A stretch of DNA of 64,000 nt from Eledone cirrhosa (GCA_964016885.1 OZ024741.1:56110001-56174000); one strand, 5' to 3'. Shown: positions 33,906-48,569, counted from the stretch's first letter. Translations and numbers: made by a program. Notes: a model not told the origin generated them from the letters alone.

Positions 33906-34854
33906 GCTGTTATTTCCGGTGGCTGCACATGTGTATGTGTATGTGTGTGTGTGTGTGATGACAAAAAGGACCCACTCCACACTGTAAATGTGATTGGCAT
34001 TAGGAAAGGCATCCAGCTGTAGAAACCAAGCCCAAATCACTCCAGTGTAAAGCAAGACACAGTCATCTGATCTGACTGGGCTCACATCTGGACAACTTGT
34101 TTAACCCATGCTAGTGTGGAAAAATGGACATTAAATGATCATGATGATATATACACACACACACACACAGTGGTAAGAAATTCTCAGAAGAGCTGGATGG
34201 CAGAAGGTCTTCAGTTGACATTGGAAGCATTGGGAAAATTTGAAATATGCACTTCCATATGGATCTGAACATAATAATAGTTGGCAAGGAATCGTATTTA
34301 TAGTAAACTACTACTATAGTCATTTGCTTTTTGGTGCACACTTTCCATGTACATATGAAATTTGAGAAAGAAGCTTCGTTAGATTTTTAAAAAAAATTTT
34401 ATTTTTAATTTATTTATTTTTTTTACTATAGTTAGTCAAAATAATAGGGTATATGAGCCTCCTTAACGGAAAACATTGACATTAGCACCTGCAGGACGCA
34501 AACTCACACCTTCATTCTTGCAATGCAGAAATGCCACCATTACAGATGCTTATATACCCTATTATTTCGACTATTTTTTTATAACCCCTCCCCCCCCCCC
34601 CCCCCCCCAAAATTGCTGACACTTCTTTCTCATAAGTTTCTATTAACACATTCATATATATATATATATATAATATATATATATATTGCTAGCTCATGGT
34701 GGGATTTCTCATAGCAATGGTGTATTAGTTCTGCATCAGATCTGTCTACAAAACCTTGCTAACTTTCTGCTTCGATTGCATGCTATGCTTTGTTGTGTTT
34801 TTTTAGTAATTTCTAGCTTCATAGAAATACAAGTGCAATGTGTTGCACACAAAA

Positions 34855-34899
<45 letters not shown>

Positions 34900-34903
<4 letters not shown>

Positions 34904-35200
34904 TATTCTATTCTAGGGTGGGTAAAAATTCCAGAGATCCATGGACGAGTTCTCTCCAGCAGTCTCTGTTCTTCATTATCGCTGCCATGTCCTGCGTCTC
35001 CAACAGACCAGTGTCTGTCCTTAGGGCATCAACATACGTTAACCTTGGTCTTCCTCTTTCAGTGTGTCCATGTAGGGGATCCCACAGGAGCACTGAGTGC
35101 AATGTCAACTCTGGATGCTGGAGAGCATGTCCAGCTAACCCCAGTCTCCTCTGTGTCTCTTTTCAGGTTGTTGTGGCACCATGTGTCTTGTAAGTACCAC
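34900..35200 (-). mobile_element. 3' end of a different RTE/RTEX-like LINE with a (TAGAA)n tail
   Basis: VLLWDPLHGHTERGRPRLTYVDALRTDTG...MKNRDCWRELV, followed by TAGAATAGAATAGAA on the - strand. Confidence 0.75.
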
Positions 35201-36179
35201 TAGAGCAGTTATATTATCAAGGCTGATGGTTTGGCAGAATTTGTAAGCCATCAGATAAAATGGCATTATGGTATTTATTCTGAGTTTAAATCCTGCCAAG
35301 ATCAACTTTGCCTTTCATCTTTCCAGGGTTGATAAAATAAAGTACCAGTCAAATACTGGGGTTGATCTAATCAACTTTCCCCATCCCCCAAAATATGCTG
35401 GCTTTGTGCTTAAATTAGAAATCAATGGGTAGTAGATGAGTCGTTAGAGCTTCAGACAAATGATTGAGAGCATATTCTGGTTCTTTATGTTCTGTCAAAT
35501 ACTGGGTCTTATCTGTCAACTTTGCCCTTCCCCCAAAATATGCTGGCCTTGTGCTTAAATTAGAAATCAATATTTAATAATTACTTCAGTAGGAAGTGCC
35601 TGCCTCTGTTTATGAGATAAATTTATATTGTATTCCTAGAAGGTGAACTGGCAGTCATTAAGGTTGTTTGTGACGGCACTATAATCATAGCAACACCATA
35701 CATCGCCCTTGTACAAACACTCACACCGCACTACAGAGCTTGGGTTGAAAAAATTGTTAGCATGTAGGAGAAAATGCCTTGCCCCCTATCTGTGTTATGA
35801 GTTCAAATCCTGGTGAGGCTGATATTGCCTTTCATCTTTTTGGGCATTGATAAAGTACGAATCCAGCAGCAATGGATTGTCAGAAGTGTTAGTACTGTCA
35901 GAGAGGATGTTACAGTATATGTTGCAGCTCTCTGCATTCTGAATTCAAATCCTGTCTCTTGTTACCTGTGAAGCAGGGATGTTTCTGCCTGGAGGTGCAA
36001 CCAACAGATAGTATCAGTCATGGAAAGACCAATGGAAACATAATAGAGGTGTGTATGAATGCATATACAATATGTTTATGTATAATAAACATACAAGAGT
36101 CTGACCATGAATATTTTATACTCTGAAGACGTCAGCCATGTGTTTCTGGATTCTTATTCATCAGCAGTGATATTTCTGA

Positions 36180-36530
36180 ATTGGTACTGAGTCTACCACA
36201 CAAGGGCCAGGCAGTGGTTGTCAAACATTGGGATGGATTAAATCTACCACCCAAGAGCCAGGTGTTGATGTCAAACACGGTGACAGATTACGTCTACCAG
36301 CCAAGGGTTAGGCAGTGGTGTCAAACATGGTGATGGATTACAGCTACAACCCAAGGACCAGGTGAGTCTACTACCCATGGGTTAGGTAGTAGTGTCAGAC
36401 TGAATGATGTATTAAATCTACCACTTAAGAGCCAGGTGGTGAAGTCTAAGATGGTGACGGATTAAGTCTACCACCCAAGAGCCAGGCAGTGGTGTCAAAC
36501 TGAGTGACGGATTAAATCTACCAGCCAAGA
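36180..36530. repeat. Degenerate ~58-bp minisatellite, about 6 copies
   Basis: Unit similar to GGATTAAATCTACCACCCAAGAGCCAGGCAGTGGTGTCAAACATGGTGAC. Confidence 0.85.
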
Positions 36531-39500
36531 TTAATTAAATCAAGATATATGTAAACTGCCTGTAATTTCCCCCTCCCCCCTCTCACCACACACACATACA
36601 TAAACTTCAGAAGAAAACAAAAATGGTTTGGCATGTTTTATTATTCTGTGTGTTAACATGGGTTGGATAGTTCTGCAGTTTCAGATATTTACATGGATTG
36701 TTTGCAACAAAAGCCTTGTTTGGACTTTTTGTTTTGTTTTGTTGTTTTTTTTCTTTTCTTTTTCTTTTTTTATTCTTTTTTTTTCTGTTTGCTTGTTGGT
36801 GTTTTCCCCTCCTTTTACTGTGGATGGATGCATGATTTTTTTTTAATAAATTTCTCCCTCAACTGTAAAATGAGATGTTTTTCAGCATGGCCTTAACCGT
36901 GGTTGTTGAAACACACTTTAGGACATGTGACTCAGTTGTTTTGAATTTTTCAGAAGCATTAAATTGTAGGACAAAAATGGTTTGTGATAAAATAATGTAC
37001 CCATCCAGGGTGGTGTATTTCAGAATCATTAGAAAGTTGAATGAAATGCTTAGCAGTATCTGTTTTGGATCTTTACATTCTGAGTTCAAATCCCATTGCA
37101 GCCTACATAGGTGGTAGGCTTAATCTGTTACCTAGTTTCTAGTTTAACACCACCACCACCACCACATGCTCCTTGAGTGCTTTCTTTATCAAATTTCACT
37201 CTGCTGTATTTGAGCTAGGTCTTTAGTTTGAAAATGCTTTCCCTTAAGTTAAACAGAACAAAAACCCCCTACATGAGACAATATTCTGAAATGGGAGTAT
37301 ACGCAACTAAAATATGTGACCACGAAAGAAGTTATCCTTCATTCACCCAGGGTCAATAAAATAAATACCAGCTATTGTTATTGTTGTCAGCACTCACAGC
37401 TGTGCTGGTTCAGCTAGCCTTCTATGAAAGTACATCTCATAGGAGGTTTCTTGGGCGTTTTAATGATAGGAGGCCCTAGTCCTATCATGTCACAACTTTT
37501 CTGGTGACATGAGGTGTTTTGAGTGTTTTAATGATAGGGGTCCCAGTCTTGCCACATCAAGACTTTTTTTTGGTGACAGGAGGCAGATTTAGCTAGCCTC
37601 CTATGAGGTTACAATTCATAGGTCTCATGGGTGTTTTAATGATCATTTTACTTCATTTCGCATTTCCTTTGGCTTTCTACAGTTGTAAGGTGTTTTTTAT
37701 GCAGATTATCTTGGGTAAATACAGCCCAGCAGAGCCCATTTTTCCCTATCCTTAAATGTTAGGGCTAGAAATTTAGTGTCACCATTTTTCCGGTGACTGA
37801 ATACAAGATTTGAACTTAGAATACAGATAGTCAGGACACATACACTATTGGAAACAGGGAGGGTTGTGTATGTATGGGTAGAGTTGTGTGTGTGTGTGTG
37901 TATGTATGAGCAGAGATATGTGTATATATAATTGAAGTGTGTACACACATACCTGTGCTATGTCAATATTTGGAGTGATAAAAAGACTGGAAATCAAATA
38001 TTTAAGTTATTTCCCTTTAGAGAGAGCTAGCAGATTAAAGACTATAAATATAAAGCCTTAGTGTCATGGAACAGCTTTGGACATGTTCAATTCCACCAAT
38101 CCAGTCTTGGGGCCAGTAACTTTATTTATCACCCCTCTCTCTCCCATTTTAAAAAAGAATGAACAACAAAGTTGACATTGGTGAGATTTGAACTCAGAAT
38201 GCAGAGAATCTGAATAAATAATTGTTTCTACTTTAGGTACAAGGCCAGTAATTATCAGTGCATTGAATAAATAATGCAATGGACTTAATCCAACACTTTG
38301 TCTCTGTCAGATTGTTGCTTCTATTGGTGATCAATAATTCAACAAACCTTATCCATTCTGTGGCAGCGTTTGGTAGTACAAATCAGCTTGTTTTGTGGTA
38401 CTTAGTTAAATCCCTTTACATTCTGAATTCAAATACAGCTGTGGTCAACTTTATCTTATCAACTATGGTTTGCTGCCAAAATGTGTGACTTAACTTTTAA
38501 ACCTTTAATGAAATATACTCTATTTCAGTTCATTAATGAAGAATTTTGAGGGATTTGATAAAATTATAAAATTGTTTCATTATTAAGGTTTTATGTAAAT
38601 AAAATTGTTGGAAGATTTTCATTTAAATGTGACTGTATCATTAATGAAAGACAGTCTGTTGCAATAAATTAAGCATTTTGAGGGATTTACTAAAATGCTT
38701 ATTTCATTATTAAGATAGTAATTTAACTTGGTTCTGATATAAAATTGTTGGAAGATTTTCAATGCAGTAGAAATTCAAACAGTACAAGCTTTCTTGTGGT
38801 AGGAGGGTGGGGTGGATGTAGCAGGAAGTCTATTTATTAGTCCACTCCCCCACCACCTCTAGTAAATAAAGAACATTATTATTTGTTTGTTGTTTTACTG
38901 CTACTATCACAACTACTATATATATATATATATATATATAATCTTTGGTCTCTTCCCATCCTCTTTGTTGAGGGTTGGGGACCATGGACAATAGCACCAA
39001 TGCTAATCTATATGATGCCGTATGTCCATATTTCTCATCAGAGAAAAATGTGATGACAGTGGGTCCCAAATCCTCATCCGACCATTACTCGTTAGCTGAT
39101 TACTGATTACCGAGCCACAGTTCATCTGCCTTCATCACAAGGATGAAACCATTGGTCACTTGAAAGGTTTGTCACCAAGATAACAAAGGAATCCCATCTA
39201 CCCCAGTTTTGAAATCAGAATGATCCTTCTAAACAGACTGCCAACTAAAGCTAATACACTCTATTTGTATTGGATGGCATTTGCCTTTTCATGGGTTTTG
39301 TTTTTGATCCTGGAAGGTGGCCAAAAATTACCCACTTCACCAAGCAAGCATGGTGGGGTTGCCAATTAACCTCTGATGATGTAATTACATATATCCTGGA
39401 TATTAAATATGTGACAGACTGGAGTCCTGCCCAGGAGAAGTGGGGTGGAGTGGGGTTCTCGTGCCCTGTTACTACTTTAGGAAACTGGGATATCTTCATA

Positions 39501-39985
39501 AGTTTGAGGTATACTTTTGTTGTTGTCTTATCTCATCTTTGACTTAAATTTGGTATTTGATTATGGTTGGTCACCCACAGGAGTGAGCCACATTGGGATG
39601 GCTATTCCAACGCATCTCCCTCGGCATCCTCTAGGGCAATTTTTTTCTCTGTTATGTCCACTGAGACCACGAGGCAGCATGCACATGGGCTCCCCAACAC
39701 TGAAGTAGCGATGTTTGGTGCTGTTCAGAGGAAAAATGCATATTATATATATTCACTCTAAATAAGACTACTACTATCATCTGCTGAGACAAATATTAAA
39801 TAGTTCTTCACAAAGAGAATTTTCTGTAAGGATTTGTGTATTCTTTATTTAACAACCACTTTCCAAATCTTAAAACTTTCAGCCAAGTTCTAGTACCCAA
39901 CTATATATTCTGTAATATAAGATACATTATATGAAATATTTACCTCATCTAATTTTGTCTTTCTTTCTATCTCCACCACCTCTAG

Positions 39986-40083
39986 TACTTCCAAGGACTG
40001 CTGGTAGTGCCGACAGCCTGGGAGAGATGCTAAATGATGGACGTGATCAATCCTACCAAAGTTCAGACTCTGAGTTCTACTGA
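39986..40083 (+). CDS. ANKRD28: ANKRD28-family terminal coding exon (VLPRTAGSADSLGEMLNDGRDQSYQSSDSEFY*)
   Basis: A pyrimidine tract plus TCTAG acceptor in phase 1 matches the 15807 donor. The C-terminal SDSEFY* parallels the DSDSETY* end of vertebrate ANKRD28. Confidence 0.85.
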
Positions 40084-41288
40084 CCAATCAATTCAAAAGT
40101 TGTTTTGTTTTTTTTTTCAAAATCTGCAAATATATTTTTTTTCCAGAATTATTTTTGGGGGTAGGGATTTTTTTATTATTAACTCTGTGTTCATCTCACT
40201 AACAAAAATAACAAAATCCCTGCACTTCCTTGCTCCCTACCCTTTTCCTCATTTAAAAAAAGGGTGGGCTAAGGGATAAGAAAACTAAAACTGCTGCTAG
40301 TGAATCTATACAACTACCACTACAAGAACCAGTGTACCAATAACCACAAGAAGCACTATCACGACAGCAGCTGCAATAACAACAACAATGCTAGTTACTA
40401 AGTAGAGAAAGAAGTAAGATTCCTGGCTACCCCTTAACATGAGAGAAATCGTCCCTACCCACATCTTATTACTTTCCCTGTCTTACACCTATGTTTCGAT
40501 GGTGATTAAAAATGAACAATGATGTCACAGCAGTGTCTACACACACACACGCGCACACACACTCTTACCGACTCACACAAATTTGATGTCTGGTACAAAT
40601 GGTACAGCAAGCTGTCAGACATGCAACAGACTATATATGTCTGATATAGCAAGCTGTCAGTCACATAACAGACCATACATGTCTGGTGTAGAGTTTGCAG
40701 CAAGCTGTCAGACATGCAACATCAAATATATTTTATGCAGCGAGACACCAGTCATGCAATGAACCATATATATTTGATGCAGTAAGCTGCCAGTCATGCA
40801 GTGAACCATACAATGTCTGGTGCAGCAAGCTGCTAGACATGTAATATACGATGTGTGTATGATGCAGATGTTGCAGATAATACATGCCTGATGCAGCCAG
40901 CCACCAGACTCTGTTACATATAATTCCTTTAGTGTATGCCTTCACCTTAGCCAACCATTACATCGATTCTAGTCAAATGATGTTCCAGTTATTGCTAAAT
41001 CAGGAAACATGGGATGAGGGCCACTACGCACAATGGTTGTATTAATAAGTATATTTATTCTGTAATTTTATTTCGTTGGAGTTTACTTTTTCCCTATATT
41101 AAAAGTTAATACAATTGTGGGACTGCGGTTGTGTGTATATATGTTTGTGCATATATGTATGCATGTGTATATACATACACATTGAGTGTTTTATATATAT
41201 ATATTCCCAAGATGGTATGAGACCCCTACCACGCCCATCAATGCTTCTCCAGTGACGGTACCTTCATAAAAGCACCCAATCCACACTA

Positions 41289-41558
41289 CAGCAGTCATTG
41301 TCCACTTTCTTCCATCTCCAGGGGCTTATGTGCCCTATCTATTAGACTATTTTCATAGTAAAAAAACTTGCCTTGTAGCCATTAATTTTATCTTAATATT
41401 CAAAGTTTATAACTTGCTCAATGCTTCTAAAAATAGATTGTTTACACTCACACGAGAAAGTTAAAAGCTTCATCAAATATTTTTTTAACTATCGAAAAAT
41501 AGTCTAAAATAATAGGGCATAAAAATCCCTTAATGGAAAAAATGGATATTAGCACCTG
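41289..41558. mobile_element. MITE with long degenerate terminal inverted repeats
   Basis: Left arm ...TATGTGCCCTATCTATTAGACTATTTTCATAG pairs with right arm CTATCGAAAAATAGTCTAAAATAATAGGGCATA. A related end occurs at ~34430-34490. Confidence 0.6.
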
Positions 41559-44500
41559 TGTGATTATATATATATATATATACATATATACATACACACA
41601 CAATGGATGTTTGTATTTATGTGTGTGGTGTTTTTATAAGTGTGTAGATATATTTGCTTTAGTTTACATGGTGGAGCCTCACTGAATCAATTGTTTAAGG
41701 GAAATATTGTATGTTGTAGTGTGTATTACTGGTGGGGAGAATGAATAGCAGTTTGACTGATTGATTAATATGTACTTATTTATACTAATGACAGTCCAAG
41801 TTAAGGTTTCCAGAAACAATAGATATGCAAAGGGCTAACATCTTGACATTGCTTCTATTGTATTGTGTTCATGATCAAGACACTTAATCCTCAACTACTC
41901 TGAAATGTACAACAATGTGGTACGTAGTCTATTGTGTTGTAAGACAGAGGAGGCTATAGTATAGTGCTATTGAACAGTGTTGTATCAGCTTGCAGTATTT
42001 AGTTCATCCTGTCCACATGAAGGAGCTGGAGAATGTTACATAGAGGTACCTGCCCTTCCTCTTCCAGTCTACTATCGATGCTATATCGATGGAGGGGCCT
42101 GCCCTTTCACATCTAGTCAACATGTAGGAACTGGAGAATGTAACAAAGAGGTTTCTGCCCTTCCTCTTCCAGCTTATATGTAGGATCTGGAAGATGTTAT
42201 GAAGAGGTGTCTGCCCTTCTTGCAGTCTATATGTAGAATCTGGCAACTGTAACATAGTTACCTGCCTTTCCTCTACTTTTCCCATCATTGCTGAAAGACT
42301 TATTTACTATTAACACTTCATTTAATGAAATGGTGGGTACTGTAAAGTACTGTACTACCAACTAATGGGTCTTGGGTTCAAATTTTATGCAGATTATTAT
42401 TGTTTTCCCCCATTGTTTCTGAACAAACCACAATATTCTCCATATCACATTTTAGCTGTCTCTCAATGTTTTCTCAGAAGCTATCTTAGTAGATCAAGTG
42501 TTGTTACCTACCATAAACTGTCTGAGTAAACAAGGTTGGTACTTTCCATAAGCTGTCTGAATAGATAAGGTACCTTCCACAGACTAGTCAGAGATTGTAC
42601 TTTCTGCACATAAGCTTGTCTGAGTAGATAAGTTCAAATCCACTTCATGTGTTTTGTTGTGTTTTTGAACAGAACACAGGATTATTACAAGTCTGCTTGC
42701 TCAATCAAAGCTGGCCTGGGGCTAAAACCACCACCACCACTACCACCACCAAGCCTTTAGTAGAAATAGATTCTAGATTTATGGTAATGTTATCTGTGAT
42801 ATACTGGTGTGTTATCCAGGGAAGATTTCTCATTCATTTCATGTAATAAATCCAATGCTAAAAACTAGCCCTAAAAAGATCTTGCATGGTTATTGGGGGA
42901 GAAGACATTTTCCTTTGGCCTTTCATATATTTATGTGTGTGTACAACTATTTAGTTTGGAGCTTATGTATTATATATTGACCCAGTGAATAAGGATTTTA
43001 GCTCCAGTACCTTCTCATAGACCTTTCATAAATTTGTGTTTGTGTGTATAGTATACATGTCGTTCATATGTAATAATAATTATAATTAACTGCCGACAAC
43101 TACTACTACATCAATAACAAACTATAACAATACATACCCTCTTTCCACCTCCAGCCCACACTCTGAAGTCAGAGATTAAAAAATACACAAATAAACACAT
43201 ATGAAAAAAAAGTGGGAATACAAAATTTATTTAATTCTAATCAAAACTACAAATTATATAACTTCAAACACTTCCCTCCCCAGAAAACTGAAAAAAAAAA
43301 AACTTGTGATAGAGAATGTTTGATTATAATCCTGTGGAAATCTTAATCTATTTCCCTGCCCTCCCCCTATCTCTCTCAACACACACTCACCTTACCTCAT
43401 CTGTGTCAGGTCTGCAGCATATGCCAGATATTAGGAAAACAAGTAATCTTTTCAACAAACTCCACTATATAAATGCAGTGAAGCACCAGCAGTTACCAGG
43501 CCATCAATATTCTATGCTACATGTTACACCACATTTAACTTCGATATAACACCACATTAGCTACTGTTATGATGTGTAACTTTGATGCAATAGTAGTTTA
43601 GTGGCTATTGTATGCAACTACAATGTAACGAGAAGAAACAGGTTTACAAAAGCAATAATATTTGACTGGACTACCAATGTTAACATGAGTGAAAACACTT
43701 CTGAGGATTCCTTCAGAGACAGTGCTTGCTGGAGACACATACACACACTGCATTGAAGATCAGTAATTGGAGAGTTTAAAAAGAAAAATCTGACGTAGCT
43801 GGGTCATGGCTCTATTGGAATATATAGAATAATGGTTCTAACTACTGTCATCTTAGATTCTTCTATCCATACACACACACACTTACACACTACGTGTAGA
43901 ATTCTTTTAAGGAGGCCATGTGTCATGTGATATAAAGTTTATTTTGTTTCAAAATTTTTTTTAGAGATTTTTTTAATATTTGCAGATTTTGTGGGGGAGG
44001 GTTATCCCAAAATATTGCTGTGAATCCCTCATATTAAACAAAGAAAACCAATTGACTGTCAAGGTAGAAAGAAGGAAGATATGATATTCAAGTCATTTTT
44101 TTTTAATCCATTTGGAGAAATGGGTAAATTTGAGGATTTCTTCTTTTTTTACTTTTTTTTCTAAAAAAAAAAAACTCTGATGGAACTTCTCAAGACTATT
44201 TAAAACAAATAATAATAATAATTATTATTATTTGAGAAACAGAACAAAACAAAAACTACTTTTCCAATTGTGTTTTGGATATCTTTTTTTTTAGGGCGGG
44301 TGGGAATCGTGTCATCCGTTGTAAACCAGTGGTCTTCTTCTCTATTGGAGAGACGTTCATTCCAGTTTGACATGTCCAATCAATCAAAATCCCTCTATGA
44401 CCTTGGCTGTCAAACAAATACATTGTCGGAATTTTTCATCTACTCAAAAAAAAAATATTCATAGTTTATTATTATTAATAGTAAAGCGGAGATTAAGGGG

Positions 44501-45010
44501 AACGTTTGACATAAACGTTACTTCATTGGGGTTTTTTTTTGTCAATAATAATAATTATTATTATTGTTGTTTTGTCCTTACTCCCACTCCATTCCCCATA
44601 AAATTGCGATTTCTTTTGTTGAAAGAATAAAATGTGACATTAAACAACACTGCCATTTGGCTCAGTTTTCTTTAAGTTTTTTTTTTTCATTATTAGTTCC
44701 TGTATTTTCTTTCAAAATATTTCAGCTTTGACTCAGTGTATCTACTTTAGTATGTGTAGGTAGGGTACCAGACAGTCAACTAAATGTTGGTGGATAGTAT
44801 CCTTTCACCAGCCATGACACCTACATCTCAGCTAGTCCACCAGTCCACCTAACTGTAAAAATGTACTGTCACAAAGTAGAGACAATTCCATTGGTGTATA
44901 TATTAGTAGTATTTTTAAAATTAATTCTTGCGAGGTTAAAAAAAAAAGGTACCAGTCCAGTACTAGGATCGATTCTTTCTCACTCACTCTCACTCATATA
45001 AATATATATA

Positions 45011-45212
45011 TAATTATGTAATAACACAATATACTTATTCCATTACTCAAGGTTTCACAAAGTTAGACAATTCTAACAGAAGTGTTTGATATCGTTCATC
45101 AGAAGGAATCTTTTAGATTCCTTCTGATGAACGATATCAGATGCTTCTGTTAGAATCGTCTAACTTCGTGAAACCTTAAGTAATGGAATAATTATTGTTT
45201 ATTACATAATTA
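45011..45212. repeat. ~200-bp fold-back palindrome
   Basis: 45011-45110 is the reverse complement of 45116-45212 with a TTTTA loop and few mismatches. Confidence 0.95.
45117..45189 (+). ncRNA. Minimal type I hammerhead ribozyme motif, mirrored on the - strand in the left arm
   Basis: AUUCCUU-CUGAUGA-ACGA...UCGU-GAAA-C-CUUAA-G-UA-AUGGAAU. It has both core boxes, helix II (ACGA/UCGU), a 1-bp helix III and helix I with one mismatch. Confidence 0.6.
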
Positions 45213-45699
45213 AATAGCTCTGTACTATACATAGAGCACTCTTCTTTCCTTTACCTTTTCAACAGAAATACTTAACATATATATAAATAAATCAACTGTG
45301 TTCAGACTTGGAGAGGAGATGGACACCACCAGGTTTAAAATGCCCAAAATATACTATATGGTGCCCCTATTGGTCCATATATTCGAAAAATTGAGTGATT
45401 TGCTAACTTGCAGTGATGTTATCTCGTGTTTGTGCAGAAAGCACTCCATGGCTCAGCTTCAGATAAAAGTCTTTCAATTGTGTTAGTTTATCTGGACTGA
45501 CTAATTTCGGTTGTTAAACTCCAGAAACTCACACCAGAGGATTATCTTCTTTGATTACATGGTATTTACATCAGTGATTCACTTGACAAAATTTCAACTC
45601 CCATTTCTCACCTCCTTTGAAGATATTTAGAGACTCTGGATATTTTAAAACATCAGTCTCCACAAGTTTCCTGTAATATCAGCCACTATATCTATCTAT

Positions 45700-46230
45700 T
45701 GCTACAGGTTCTAATTTGCATTTTCATGCTAGAACACAAGTGGCATCACTTCCCCATGTTTGCATCTATTGGCTGCAGCCTCTCCAAAATGTCTCACTAC
45801 TTATGTTCCTTTGTCATCTCTGTGAGGTTTGGTATCCTGAGATCACATTTCACTACTTCTGCCTATGTCTTATTTGGTCTTCTTCCATGTATTCCTTCCA
45901 CTTGGAACACCTGACTTATCATGCATATACTCATTACATGTCCATATCAGTGCAGTCTTCTCTCCTGCATGAAACATTCAACTCTTCTTATACTTAGTTT
46001 TTCTCAACTTATCTGTGCTTTGTTGTTTCTGCACACTAACATTTCACATCAAGTAGAGTGTGCTCACTACCATGCAATACTGCACTATGTTCGCAAGTGC
46101 CATACAATCTACCTATACTCAACAGAGGTCATAATAGCTCTTTGGATTTTTTCCACCATTCTTATTTTTGTTACTGTGCTTTCATAGTACCCTCCTCCAC
46201 TGCTAATTATGTCTCCTTGGTAGCAACTAC
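45700..46230 (-). mobile_element. Highly degenerate RTE 3' fragment
   Basis: GDIISSGGGYYESTVTKIR and WYGHV-like remnants. Confidence 0.7.
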
Positions 46231-48569
46231 TTCTGTATGTGTGAGGGTGTACTTTATAGAAATAAGACAGACTAACTGAAAATTGGGGAGGACGGCAGTA
46301 CAAGTAGATAATTTCATTGGTATCCATTTTAGACATAGTTACAAATTTGTGAAAAAGTGAAAGCTGAGCAAATAATAGACTCATAGTTCAATTCTTATCA
46401 GAGAATCTGTTCCATTATGTTTCAAAATGGTGCTTAGAATATAAATTTATTAACAGTTAACATAATTGCTACATGTGGTGGCTTAGTGATTTCGATTCTT
46501 GGACTGGGCAATGCTGTATGCCCTTGAACTTTATTTCCCATAACTCCAGTTCACTCGACTGGAAAATATGGGTTGCAGTGTCACAGGTGCCAAGCTGTAT
46601 AGGTCTTTCTCTTGAACAACATTCTTAACATGAAGAGGGGAATCTGGTCTTCCACAAAACACCTCGATTGGACTGGTGTCGCAAAAGGGAACTTTCTAGG
46701 TGCGAAACGTATGGTCACTGATGACCAAAAGGGGTCTTTTGTACTACAGGCTGGTATTAGGAAGGGTGTCAAAACAAAAGACATTGACTAATTGGTTTAG
46801 CCTTAATCTGACAACCCATTTAACACATGCAAGCATGGAAAATAGACATTAAATAAGAGTATGTTCAAATTTTAGAAGCTGTCGTGGAATTAATACATTG
46901 GTAGAATGGGAAAAAAATGAGTGTTTAGTTTTAAAAAAATTGGCTAAGTGAAAAGATTAACTGAGATTTCAGTCACACTGGTAGCGATCTTCAGAAATGG
47001 AAAAGCTAAAGAGCAAGTGTGGGTATGTTAAATTAAGAATGCTGTACTATATTGGTCACTGGCATAGGCTGAGACTTGTTTTTCTGTGTAAATAGCAACT
47101 GTCTTCGAAGAAAGTGAAATAAATGCTGGATAGTGTCAGATGTGAACTAAACTATGTCAATACTGATGTTAGACTAACAAAGGTGAGAAAAATAGACAGA
47201 CATGACAGATACAATCATGTCCTTGATGTAAAAAAATGGCATTGGTAGATACAATCATGTCAAAAGGGGGACATGGTGGATACAATTATGTCATTTCACT
47301 CCAACACAAAACTACTACTAAAAATAATTTTTGACATGGATAATGAGACCACAAATTTTGAAAGAGAGTATAATGAATTATATTGAACCTTAGGGAAGGA
47401 TGAACTACAAAGTAAATCAAAGGAATCAAATTCAAAACCTCAAATCATTTCATTCATCACTCTCAGCCATTTCTGTTGTTACACCATCATGAGGTATAAT
47501 CTGTTTGATACCAAATTGCATGAAACTGCCCCTGGTTCTATTATGATACTAAGCTGTTTATATTTACCTAAAAACCTTCCCTAATAATATCAATATCTTT
47601 CATTAAAAATGTGATAATATTGCCATCTTTTTAACAGTTGTTTTTATTTAACTTTAATGTATTTTAAAATATAAATTGTCACACCAGTAGCAAAGATGTA
47701 CCTCCATTTGACATACATTTACAATGTACCATATATTTTGAATTAAAGTTTTGTAGTCCAGCAGATAAGTCGCATGTTGGTTTTTCATGCATCACCATCA
47801 TTTCATGTCTACTTTGTTGTTACAGACCAAGTCAGTATTTAATCACAGCTATAATCTCAGATGAATCAGAGGATCACATCTTGCTCAATACATTTCATTT
47901 TTGGCATTGTTTTTATGGCTGGATGCTCTTTTTAGTGCTAACCACTTTAAATCGTGTCCTGGGTGCATTTCATCATGACACCAATACGTATGTTCATAGA
48001 AAAAGGTGCAATTTATAAACAAGTATGTACAGTAAGCTAAATTTAGATATAAATGAAAAAGACCAAAATATGATTGACTTAAGAATTATCATAAAAAGGT
48101 ATGCAATGCAATTGTAACATGTTACTATACTGAGGTTTATGGATTGGTGAAGCAATATTTGTTATAGCTCTTTACATTTTGAGTTTAAATCCTGCCAAAT
48201 TCAACAAAAGGTACTACCAGTCAAGTACCGGGAATTGATTTAATTAACACCCAACCCACTAAAAATGTGTAGCCTTGCTCCTATATTAGAAATTACTTTT
48301 ATTAGGGCAGTAAGTAGAATAGATAAAGTATCAGACAAAATACTTTGTGGTATTCATCTTCATCTTTCTACATTCAGAGATCAAATCCTGCTGCAGGTCA
48401 TTTTACCTTATACACTTTCATAGTCAATTTAATTGACTGTTTCTTCCCTTGTACCTTTGTTAGAGACCATTATTATTAACACACACATATGGAAATGAAT
48501 ATATAAAACAAATGACATGCAATAGTTGTTCATAAAAATTAATTAACACTAAATATAAGATTAGTTTAG

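Noticed and set aside
36140-36180. Additional CTGATGA...GAAAC motif on the - strand
   Set aside because: There is no convincing helix II or helix I pairing.
45664-45686. 21/23-nt match to the TEX12-like exon at 53467-53489, next to an exon-like segment at 45612-45670(-)
   Set aside because: The similarity does not extend on either side, and a match this short is plausible by chance in 64 kb of AT-rich DNA.
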